From Acutalibacteraceae bacterium (GTDB lineage: Bacteria > Bacillota > Clostridia > Oscillospirales > Acutalibacteraceae), in assembly GCA_045592385.1 (NCBI GenBank), contig JAZNUP010000004.1, positions 1,856 through 65,855 of the forward strand: a DNA stretch of 64,000 nt, given 5' to 3'. This document shows positions 1 to 8,087 of the stretch, piece after piece; the stretch's first letter is position 1, and the number at the start of each line of letters is the position of its first letter. Under the pieces are notes generated by a model. It ran no database searches. It was not told the DNA's origin and was given only the letters and a program-made list of their open reading frames with translations. The translations under genes and the position numbers were made by a program.

Positions 1-1898
1 CAATCCCTGCGGCAAATCATTTTATATGCAAGGTCAGCCTTGCCGAAATCTGAAAGCACGTGGAAGAGGCAGCGTGAGCCGAGCAGACCGAAATCAATAT
101 GCTCGTCGCTTTCTTCGATTATCTCAAGCAAAACGTCGAATGCGGCGGCTTTTTCGCCTGATTCAAATACGTCGTAGAAGATAGCCATTGCCTGTGAGGT
201 CTGGCATCTTGTGTCGGCAGTCATTGTGTTGAGGTCAATAAAATATTTTCTTACGCAAGCTTTGATATCCTCATAAAGACCCAAAGCAAAATCCTTCTGA
301 AGCTTCATTGAGAGCACGTCGAAAATGAATGCGGCCATCTTGGCAATGCTCATAATTATAACACTGTCAGTGTATTCACGGGTGGGCTTGAGCCTGCCTG
401 CTACGGGGCACCAATCGCTCAGACCGAGGGATACTGTGCCTCTCTTTGTGCGGTTAAGGGAAATATAGTTGAGGTAACGCAGGATTGCGGTTGCGTTTTC
501 TTCAAGAATCTGAGTGTTGCCGGTATAGATATAGGTGTAATAGGGAAGATATGTGAGCACGGCATCCCATGCAGGGCCGTTACCCCATTCGTAGCCCCAG
601 GTGCCTGTGGGTATAATTCCGGGCAGCTGACCGCTTTCAAGCATAGCGGATCTTATATTCCTGAGCCATTCTATATAGCTCTTTTCGGGAGTGAAGTTGA
701 GAAGCATCTGCTCTGCGGATACGGCCGCGTCGCCCGTCCAGCCGTTTTTCTCTCTGTGGGGGCAATCGGTTGGGAAGTAGAAGAAATTGGAAAGGTCGGA
801 GATTCTGACCATTTCCTGCAGAGTGTTGGCTGTTTCGTCGGAGCATTTAAACGAGCCTCTTTCTCTCAAATCAGAGTTGCATACAACGTAGGTGAGTAAA
901 TCCTCTGTTGCCTGACCCTCTTCAAGACCTATTACCGCGCAGTAGCGGAAGCCGTGATAGGTGAAAACGGGGGTGAAGATTTCCTCCTCGCCGCCCTTGC
1001 AGATGTAAACGTCTCTCTGAGCGTAGCCGTCGGGATAAAAATCTATGTTTGCGTAGTAAACCTTGCCGCTGTCGTCAATGTGCTCCGCAAACTGAAGCTC
1101 GATTTTCTGACCTGCCTTGCCGTTGATTTTAAGGCGGCAGTAGCCTGTTTTGTTTACGCCGAAGTCATAAAGAACACATTTTGTTTCATCCGGAAGCTCC
1201 TGGGGCACAATGTCCTTTACCTGATGGGAGGGATAGAAAGGAGCAAGCTCGGCATCACGGATTGAAACGGGCGCAATTTCTTCACCTGTTTCAATAACGG
1301 GGTCAGCTTCGCAGAGTCTGAATTCTCCTCTGGGCTTTTCGCAGATTACGGAATCCTGCCACGCGCCGTCATCAAAATCGGGGAGAAGCCAGCCGTCAAT
1401 TTCTTTTCTTGCATCATAGCGTACGCCTGAGCGCAAATCGTCAAAATAAAGGGGAGAGCGCGCAGTCTTAACGCTTTCATCAGCTTCAATGCTGAAAGCT
1501 TCGCCGTTTACAGTGTATTCAATGCAAAAAGCAAGCCTGGGAGCACCTCTGAAACGGGCTTTTTCAAAGTCCCAAACAGCACCGCCGGGAGCATTCTGCA
1601 TACCGTTGCCAAGCTGGAAAGCTACGGTGTTTTTGCCTGCAGTAAGAAGCTCTGCAATGTCATAATTATCAAAGTAAACTATATGGTCGGGGTTTGAAAT
1701 GTAGGGGGCAATAAGACCCTTTGTAATCTCCGTGCCGTTTATCCAGATACGGTAAAAGCCGAGGCCGCTTACCGTGATTTCACATTTTTCGGGTACGCTT
1801 TCAAAAGCGATGCTTTTCCTGAAATACGGAGCGGCTACGAATTTTTCGTAGGATGTGTATTCGGGTGAAGCATAAATGAATGCTGATGAAAATTTCAT
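1..1898 (-). CDS. alpha-L-rhamnosidase, glycoside hydrolase family 78 (N-terminal ~632 aa; C-terminus runs off the window edge)
   Basis: Absent from the ORF track because it has no in-window stop. Hand translation from the ATG at 1898-1896 (GGAGGA RBS upstream) gives MKFSSAFIYASPEYTSYEKF... and stays open to position 1. It contains FPTDCPHREKNGWTGDA, the same signature as IPTDCPQRDERLGWTGDA in the paralog at 8088-10529. Confidence 0.85.
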   Translation of the reverse strand, partial: MKFSSAFIYASPEYTSYEKFVAAPYFRKSIAFESVPEKCEITVSGLGFYRIWINGTEITKGLIAPYISNPDHIVYFDNYDIAELLTAGKNTVAFQLGNGMQNAPGGAVWDFEKARFRGAPRLAFCIEYTVNGEAFSIEADESVKTARSPLYFDDLRSGVRYDARKEIDGWLLPDFDDGAWQDSVICEKPRGEFRLCEADPVIETGEEIAPVSIRDAELAPFYPSHQVKDIVPQELPDETKCVLYDFGVNKTGYCRLKINGKAGQKIELQFAEHIDDSGKVYYANIDFYPDGYAQRDVYICKGGEEEIFTPVFTYHGFRYCAVIGLEEGQATEDLLTYVVCNSDLRERGSFKCSDETANTLQEMVRISDLSNFFYFPTDCPHREKNGWTGDAAVSAEQMLLNFTPEKSYIEWLRNIRSAMLESGQLPGIIPTGTWGYEWGNGPAWDAVLTYLPYYTYIYTGNTQILEENATAILRYLNYISLNRTKRGTVSLGLSDWCPVAGRLKPTREYTDSVIIMSIAKMAAFIFDVLSMKLQKDFALGLYEDIKACVRKYFIDLNTMTADTRCQTSQAMAIFYDVFESGEKAAAFDVLLEIIEESDEHIDFGLLGSRCLFHVLSDFGKADLAYKMICRRD

Positions 1899-2056
1899 AG
1901 TAAATCCTCCTGTGCGTTTTAAATAATCCTATCACTTTTTTGAACTTAAGGCAACCTTTAACGGGCAGATTTTTTCTGAGAAAACGGCTTTTTATTGACT
2001 TTTTTTAACGGCAGTGTTATCGTAATACTACAATAAAGAAATAAGGAGAAGAGAAG

Positions 2057-3121
2057 ATGAAAAAACTGTTTTGCATTGCACTGGCTGTTCTTATGCTTTT
2101 GTCAAGCGTATCCGTTATGGCAGGCGCCGTAAAGATTGAAGACGGTATTGATGCGCTCAAGGCACAGTTTAAAGATGGCGTAGGCCCCAAGACGGGAGAA
2201 TACATAATTGATTACAAGTATTTTTCTCCCGTAAAGGACTCGGAAAGTAAAAAATATCCCCTTGTTATATGGCTTCACGGTATGGGTGACGGCAGTGAAA
2301 AAGGCGCTCAGGTTGCAAAAAGTGAGATAGCCCTTTGGGCAAGCGATGAATTCCAGGCACGCTTTGAGCCTGCGGGCGGCGCATTTATTTTTGCACCCCG
2401 TTCTCTGGAGGAAGATTCCATATTCTGGGGCGATATATTGATTGAACCTCTTATGGCGGCGGTTAACGATTTTATATCAAAGAACAGTGCAAATATTGAT
2501 ACAACAAGGATTTACATGGGTGGCTATTCCATGGGCGGCAAAATGACTCTTGAAACCGCCGTAGCCTTCCCTGAGATGTTTGCGGCAATATTCCCTATTT
2601 GCCCTGCGTGGGTGCCCGATAAAAGTGCGGCATCACTTATTGCCGATATCCCCGTATGGATTACCTCAAGCACAAGGGACCCTCTTATCAACTATCATTT
2701 TGCGGCAACTCCCACGTGGAAAAACATCATCAGTACAAACGCACGCCCTGAGGCCTGCAGATTCTCAACCCTTACCAAGGTTTGCTATGCAAACGGTGAA
2801 AAGACTCCCAGCAGCCACCACGCGTGGTTTGCTGTAAATAACGATATGTTTACCGTTGATAACGGCGCATATCCCTACATGACCACCGTAAACGGAGCGG
2901 GGGAAGGGGTAACTCTTACACATCCCGATGGGATGATTTCCTGGCTTTCTCAGTTTGCTTCGGATTATGACGGCACACCGTGCACAGGTATGGGCAACAT
3001 AAACGGCGAAATCAATACCGGCACACTCTTTACTTTTGAGCCTGTATGTGATTTCTTCAGAAACATTCTGGATAAAATATTTTCAATTTTCGGCATAGAT
3101 ATTTTCAAGGTGAAAAGATGA
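2057..3121 (+). CDS. secreted alpha/beta-hydrolase fold esterase (carboxylesterase / CE1-like)
   Basis: 354-aa ORF with RBS AAGGAGAAG and signal peptide MKKLFCIALAVLMLLSSVSVMAGA. Oxyanion-region YPLVIWLHG and nucleophile elbow GYSMGG. Candidate Asp in TRDPL and candidate His in SSHHAW. Confidence 0.7.
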   Translation: MKKLFCIALAVLMLLSSVSVMAGAVKIEDGIDALKAQFKDGVGPKTGEYIIDYKYFSPVKDSESKKYPLVIWLHGMGDGSEKGAQVAKSEIALWASDEFQARFEPAGGAFIFAPRSLEEDSIFWGDILIEPLMAAVNDFISKNSANIDTTRIYMGGYSMGGKMTLETAVAFPEMFAAIFPICPAWVPDKSAASLIADIPVWITSSTRDPLINYHFAATPTWKNIISTNARPEACRFSTLTKVCYANGEKTPSSHHAWFAVNNDMFTVDNGAYPYMTTVNGAGEGVTLTHPDGMISWLSQFASDYDGTPCTGMGNINGEINTGTLFTFEPVCDFFRNILDKIFSIFGIDIFKVKR

Positions 3122-4014
3122 AAAAATACTCCTACGCATTTGTACTTGCAAGCGGTATCCTTTGGGGACTTATAGGTGTTTTTGTAAACAATCTGCTTGC
3201 TTCGGGCTTTACAAGAATGCAGATAACGGTTATCCGTATGGCGGTTGCCACGGTAGTCCTCGGCATATATATGCTTTTGCGTGAGAAAAAAGATTTTAAA
3301 ATCAGACTGCGTGATTTATGGTGTTTTCTCGGCACGGGGCTTGCAAGTATACTTCTTCTCAACGTTACGTATTTTTATTCCATTGAACAAAACGGTATGT
3401 CCGTAGCGGCGGTGCTGCTTTACACCTCTCCCGTATTTGTAATGCTTATGTCAGCGGTGCTGTTCAAAGAAAAACTTACCGCAAAAAAGATTGCGGTGTT
3501 ACCGCTCGTGATTGCAGGCTGTGTGCTTGTTACGGGGCTTGCGGAGAGCTTTTCGGGTGCTTCAATTAATACCGTCGGCATTCTGACGGGAATTGCTTCG
3601 GGCTTTGCCTATGCTCTTTACAGTGTTTTCGGCAGATACGCACTTGATAAAGGCTATTCGTGCTATACGATTTCCTTTTATTCATTTGCTTTTTCCGCGG
3701 CGGCGGCAATTCCTTTTTCAGGCTTTTCGGCAAATCTCCATTTGTTCTCAGACATAAAGAATATTCTGCTTTCTCTCGGGCTCGGAATTATAAGCTGCGT
3801 GCTTCCTTACATCTTTTATACCAAAGGTCTTGAGGGCACGGAAAACAGCAAGGCGGCGGTTATTGCAACCGTTGAACCCGTAACCGCGGCAGTTGTAGGA
3901 ATTCTTCTCTTTAAAGAAAGCGTCACTGCGGCAAAGCTTGCAGGTATGGTGCTGATACTTCTGGGAATAGTTGTGCTGAATATCAATTTTTCCAAAAAAT
4001 GCAAACAGATATGA
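3118..4014 (+). CDS. EamA/DMT-family transporter
   Basis: 298-aa polytopic membrane ORF with two homologous five-helix halves, typical of EamA duplications. ATGA start/stop overlap with the esterase gene. Confidence 0.75.
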   Translation: MKKYSYAFVLASGILWGLIGVFVNNLLASGFTRMQITVIRMAVATVVLGIYMLLREKKDFKIRLRDLWCFLGTGLASILLLNVTYFYSIEQNGMSVAAVLLYTSPVFVMLMSAVLFKEKLTAKKIAVLPLVIAGCVLVTGLAESFSGASINTVGILTGIASGFAYALYSVFGRYALDKGYSCYTISFYSFAFSAAAAIPFSGFSANLHLFSDIKNILLSLGLGIISCVLPYIFYTKGLEGTENSKAAVIATVEPVTAAVVGILLFKESVTAAKLAGMVLILLGIVVLNINFSKKCKQI

Positions 4015-4020
4015 AAAATC

Positions 4021-4051
4021 CCCTTGATGTACTTGCTGCACATCAAGGGGA
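4021..4051. terminator. bidirectional hairpin between convergent genes
   Basis: Perfect 11-bp stem CCCCTTGATGT / ACATCAAGGGG with a 9-nt loop. The T-run is on the minus-strand side (plus-strand AAAAAT at 4015-4020). Confidence 0.6.
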
Positions 4052-4065
4052 AATTTATTGTTTAA

Positions 4066-5037
4066 TTAAGCAACTGCTACGGGGATTTTGATATCATAAT
4101 CGGGGAGCCAGATTCCCTTTGCAAAGTCTCTTGCTCTGAAGATGATTTCGTCATCATAAACCTCAACCATATAGCCGATACCTGCATCGTTGTAAGAGCC
4201 GTCCTTATTCTCAATGCAGAGTGAAGGAAGGTTTACAAGATGAGCCTTGCCCTTGGTTTCGTAGGTGTACTCACCGAGGCCTGAATGAAGATGGCCTGAA
4301 ATGAAGATAACGTTATTGTACTTTGTGATGATTTCTTTAATAGCTTCGCTCTGGTCGCCAACGTGGCCTGCGCCTTCATTGGTGCCGCTGCCCCAAGTGG
4401 TGGGGAGACCGTGTGTAAGTTTAAGAGGCTGGTGGCAGATTACGAATACGGGCTTGCCGTTTTCACCTGCGATTTCACTCTCAAGCCATTCAAGCTGAGC
4501 ATCGTTGTAGTAAGCTTCTTCAAACATAGTTTTGTCGGAGCCGAGAACGATGAATTTGTAGCCGTTGATAACTTCGGAGAAGTGAAGCTCTTTCATTGCT
4601 TCATCTTCGTTGAGAGCGTTTGCAAAAGAAGTGAAGCGTTCAACACTCTGGCTGTAAAGACGAAGGCGGATATCATGGTTGCCTGTTGCGCAGAGGTAAC
4701 GGGAATCAAGACCTGAAAGCTCATCATAAACAAGCTGATATTCCTCAGCAAGGCCGTTTTCAGCAATGTCGCCTGCAAGAAGAACTGCATCGATGTCGCA
4801 TTCACTTGCGTGAAGGTCGTCGCTTGCTGCCTGAAGAACGGGGTATCTGCCGAACATATAGTTTGAAATCTGAGGGTCGGCAAGAGCGGCAAAAACAACG
4901 TTTGCACCGTCACGGCTTGTGTTGATGGGGTTTTCGGTTGAGGGAGCAGTGTATCCGCCTGAAGTTGAATAAATAATGGAAATGATAAATGCGAACAGAC
5001 GGAAGAAGAATTGTTGAACAGCTGTGGTGAGAAGCAA
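4066..5037 (-). CDS. membrane-anchored calcineurin-like metallophosphoesterase (motif I variant DxQ)
   Basis: 323 aa, TTG start 8 nt after GGAGG, N-terminal hydrophobic anchor. Motifs AGDIAENG, TGNHD, CHQP and SGHLHSG. Motif I reads LADPQ where the paralog has SDVH. Confidence 0.75.
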   Translation of the reverse strand: MLLTTAVQQFFFRLFAFIISIIYSTSGGYTAPSTENPINTSRDGANVVFAALADPQISNYMFGRYPVLQAASDDLHASECDIDAVLLAGDIAENGLAEEYQLVYDELSGLDSRYLCATGNHDIRLRLYSQSVERFTSFANALNEDEAMKELHFSEVINGYKFIVLGSDKTMFEEAYYNDAQLEWLESEIAGENGKPVFVICHQPLKLTHGLPTTWGSGTNEGAGHVGDQSEAIKEIITKYNNVIFISGHLHSGLGEYTYETKGKAHLVNLPSLCIENKDGSYNDAGIGYMVEVYDDEIIFRARDFAKGIWLPDYDIKIPVAVA

Positions 5038-5092
5038 TGCGAGGACCTCCTTAAATTTTTTTATAATTTTAAATAAACTGCTTTAAGCAGAA

Positions 5093-6748
5093 TTATTTCG
5101 TATTCTGACCGAAACGCTTGATTTTCTGAGTGGTTGTTTTTTCAAGCGCAGCGGAAAGTACTTCAAATGCTTTGATGTTTTTGTATTTGGGGATTTTCTT
5201 GTTTACGCTTTTAACGGTATCCTGAATTGCGGAGCGGACTTCATCGTCATTGGGATGACGGCCGAACTTTTCCTTCAGATAGTCAAGATTGGGGAAGATT
5301 TTTGCTTTAACGTTGGTTGTGCCGTTATCTTCAAATCCGTAAACAAGAACTTCGCTGATTTCGGGGAATTTTGAAAGTCTTGTTTCAAGCTCTTCGGGAT
5401 AAATGTTTTTACCGTTTTCGGTAACTATTACGTTTTTAATTCTTCCCTTGATGAAAAGGTCACCGTTTTCATCGAACTTGCCGAGGTCGCCTGTGTGGAA
5501 CCAACCGTCCTTGAGCACGGCGGCAGTGGATTCCTCGTCGTTGTAGTAGCCCAGCATAATGTTTTCGCCCTTTGCGATGATTTCGCCTACGCCTTCATCG
5601 TTGGGGTTGTCAATCTTAAGCTCAACATCGGGTATGGCAATACCTGTTGAACGGGGATTGAAATGAAAATCGTTATTGGCGGCAAGAAGAGGGGAGCATT
5701 CTGTAAGTCCGTAGCCCTGAAGGGTTCTGATTCCGAGAGCCATAAAATCTTCAACAAGAGTGCAGTCAAGATCTGCGGCACCTACAATGAAAAGTCGGAT
5801 TTTTCCGCCGAGTGATTTTCTTACCTTGCCGCAGATTACCTTACGGATAAGGAAAGGTGTTTTTTCAAGCGCTTCACTCAGTGAGTAATTCTCGAAATTG
5901 CTGCGGTATTTTTCAGGGCAATCCTTTATAATGGCGGCTTTGATTCTTTTGTTGAGTACCTTGAGAAGAGCAGGTACAACCACAAGCGCCGTGGGGGAAT
6001 ACTCGGTAAGATTCCTTGCCACCTTTGTAACACCTTCGCAGTATGAAATGCAGCAGCCCTTGGATAAAACAAGAAGACAGTCAAGCGTGCATTCGTATGT
6101 GTGGTGAAGCGGAAGAATGGAAAGAACCGAATCCTCCGGTTTGATTTTTACCATTTTCAAGGTGGAGTGGATGTTTGCACAGACATTGCTCTGGGAAAGG
6201 CATACGCCCTTGGAATTGCCGGTTGTGCCCGAGGTGAATATGAGAATGCTCATTGCGTTGGGGTCAAGGGGTAAAGCATCAACAACGGAGCAGTCAACGT
6301 CGGTCATACTTTTACAGATGCCTTCAATATCGGCAAAGTCGATATATGTCATATCCCTTTTAACAACAGCCTTAAGAGCAGATATTCTCTGAGAATCGGT
6401 GCACATAACACTGCTGAAGGACGATTCGAGAAAATCGTTTACGTCATCAGCGCCGAGCTCTTTGTCAATAGGAACGGCAACACCGACGGTTGCCGCGCTG
6501 AGATAGCTGAGCACCCATTCAAAGCAGTTGCTGCCTGAAACGGCGATTCTTTTTCCTCCAAAACCGTTTTTGAGAAGATAAGCGCAGAAGCGGTAATAAT
6601 AATTCCTGAGTTCAGCATAGGTTATTTCTCTGTACTTACCTTCGGCTATTTTTAATTTAAAAGCAGTTCTTCTGGGATAGAGGTTGGCAGAGTTGTTTAT
6701 AAGGTCTCTGTAATCGCGCAGTCTTTTTTCCTTGTAATATTGCTGCAT
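5093..6748 (-). CDS. AMP-dependent acyl-CoA ligase (long-chain-fatty-acid-CoA ligase-like)
   Basis: 551 aa with RBS GGAGGA. AMP-binding signatures FTSGTTGNSKGV, GYGLTE and TGDLGKFDENGDLFIKGRIKNVI. Confidence 0.85.
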   Translation of the reverse strand: MQQYYKEKRLRDYRDLINNSANLYPRRTAFKLKIAEGKYREITYAELRNYYYRFCAYLLKNGFGGKRIAVSGSNCFEWVLSYLSAATVGVAVPIDKELGADDVNDFLESSFSSVMCTDSQRISALKAVVKRDMTYIDFADIEGICKSMTDVDCSVVDALPLDPNAMSILIFTSGTTGNSKGVCLSQSNVCANIHSTLKMVKIKPEDSVLSILPLHHTYECTLDCLLVLSKGCCISYCEGVTKVARNLTEYSPTALVVVPALLKVLNKRIKAAIIKDCPEKYRSNFENYSLSEALEKTPFLIRKVICGKVRKSLGGKIRLFIVGAADLDCTLVEDFMALGIRTLQGYGLTECSPLLAANNDFHFNPRSTGIAIPDVELKIDNPNDEGVGEIIAKGENIMLGYYNDEESTAAVLKDGWFHTGDLGKFDENGDLFIKGRIKNVIVTENGKNIYPEELETRLSKFPEISEVLVYGFEDNGTTNVKAKIFPNLDYLKEKFGRHPNDDEVRSAIQDTVKSVNKKIPKYKNIKAFEVLSAALEKTTTQKIKRFGQNTK

Positions 6749-6801
6749 GCGGTTTCCTCCAAAAACTTATACTATGGTTTCAAATTATTACAAACATAAA
6801 T

Positions 6802-6830
6802 ACTATAACATTTTAAATATGATTTTTCAA
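6802..6830 (-). promoter_or_regulatory. sigma-70-type promoter of the acyl-CoA ligase gene
   Basis: On the minus strand, TTGAAA (6830-6825), a 17-nt spacer, then TATAGT (6807-6802). A 14-bp palindrome TTTTCAATTGAAAA (6824-6837) overlaps the -35. Confidence 0.5.
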
Positions 6831-6929
6831 TTGAAAATCTAAACTTTGTAGGAATTAGTAAAAATGATACGCAAAATACATACTTTTTTAGTTGAATATT
6901 TTTAAGTATCAGGAAAATGCATTATAAAC

Positions 6930-6960
6930 AAAAACTCCCGATTCCGTCAGGAACCGGGAG
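6930..6960 (-). terminator. intrinsic terminator downstream of the 6974-7930 gene
   Basis: The minus-strand RNA forms CTCCCGGTTCC-TGAC-GGAATCGGGAG (11 bp, one G-U) followed by UUUUU. Confidence 0.7.
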
Positions 6961-6973
6961 GGACACTTTTTGA

Positions 6974-7930
6974 TTAAACAAGTGGAACGGAGAATTCGTG
7001 GAATGCGTACCATCTTGAAACAAGGAATCTTCTTGCGCGCAGCACAACCTCATCCTCGTAAACCTCGAGGTGGAAGCCCATACCGTTCCAAGGGATACCG
7101 TAACGGTTTACAAGAAGATAGGTGGGCAGATTGATGTAAGTTACGCCGTTTCTTGTTTCGACGCAGCTGAAGCCGAAAACGTTCTTCACAAGAGCACCGT
7201 TGATGCCTGTGTGAACGTGGCCGCTGATGAAGAAAACGTTGTTGTATTTTTCCATAATATCAACTATGGGTTGGCTGTATTCTTCAAGTGAGCCTTCTTC
7301 CCATACCTGCATCTGACCGTTAACACCCTCAACGGGGATGTGGCATACTACGAAAGCGGGCTTGCCGTCAGCAGTAGCTCTTGCAAGCTCTGTGTCAAGG
7401 AATTGGAGCTGGTCCTCATAAATATCGTAATGGTCCCAGTTATCGTCGCCCTGGTCACCGAGAACGATGAAGGTGTAGCCTTTTACATCAAGGCTGTAAT
7501 AGATATTCTCATTGTCAGAGCCGGTGTATTCGTTGTAATGCTTTATGTTCCATTCGCGCGCTTCTGCGTTTGTAAAGCCTTCAACGTGACCGATATCGTG
7601 GTTGCCGTGAGCAACTACCCATTTGTCGGCCGGGCTGTGCTCTTTGAGAATTTCGTAGAAAGCGATGAGAGATTCTTCATCCGCATAGTTTGTGAGGTCG
7701 CCTGCGACTATGACAGTATCAAGCGGAGTTTCGCATCTTTTCATATCTTCAAGACCTGCTGCAAACATTTCCTGACCGCAGGGGAGAGATGCGTCAATGT
7801 GAACGTCGGAAATCATTGCCGCGTTGAGGAGAAGCTCATCCTCGTTTTTAGGTGAATAATCAACAAAGGGGATAAGTGTGTAAATAAGAGACATAAGAAA
7901 TGCAAGTGCCTGAGTAAAAGCAGAAGTCAT
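6974..7930 (-). CDS. membrane-anchored calcineurin-like metallophosphoesterase (canonical motifs)
   Basis: 318 aa with an N-terminal anchor. Motifs ISDVHID, AGDLTNY, HGNHD, CHIP and SGHVHTG. Clear paralog of 4066-5037 (shared KYNNV(I/F)FISGH(L/V)H and (Y/F)(K/T)FIVLG blocks). Confidence 0.8.
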   Translation of the reverse strand: MTSAFTQALAFLMSLIYTLIPFVDYSPKNEDELLLNAAMISDVHIDASLPCGQEMFAAGLEDMKRCETPLDTVIVAGDLTNYADEESLIAFYEILKEHSPADKWVVAHGNHDIGHVEGFTNAEAREWNIKHYNEYTGSDNENIYYSLDVKGYTFIVLGDQGDDNWDHYDIYEDQLQFLDTELARATADGKPAFVVCHIPVEGVNGQMQVWEEGSLEEYSQPIVDIMEKYNNVFFISGHVHTGINGALVKNVFGFSCVETRNGVTYINLPTYLLVNRYGIPWNGMGFHLEVYEDEVVLRARRFLVSRWYAFHEFSVPLV

Positions 7931-8026
7931 AGCTGTAAATCCTTTCCTTTTTATTGCAATCTGACATTAAAAGTATACACAAAAGTTTTCTTGATGGCAA
8001 GAGTTTTATAAAAAATAATTATTGAG

Positions 8027-8055
8027 TTGACATGGGCAAAAGTGATTTGTATAAT
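8027..8055 (+). promoter_or_regulatory. consensus sigma-70 promoter of the GH78-GH43-hydF unit
   Basis: TTGACA (8027-8032), a 17-nt spacer, then TATAAT (8050-8055), 32 nt upstream of the start codon. Confidence 0.65.
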
Positions 8056-8087
8056 TAAAAACGAATATTCAGCAGGAGGCTATATTT

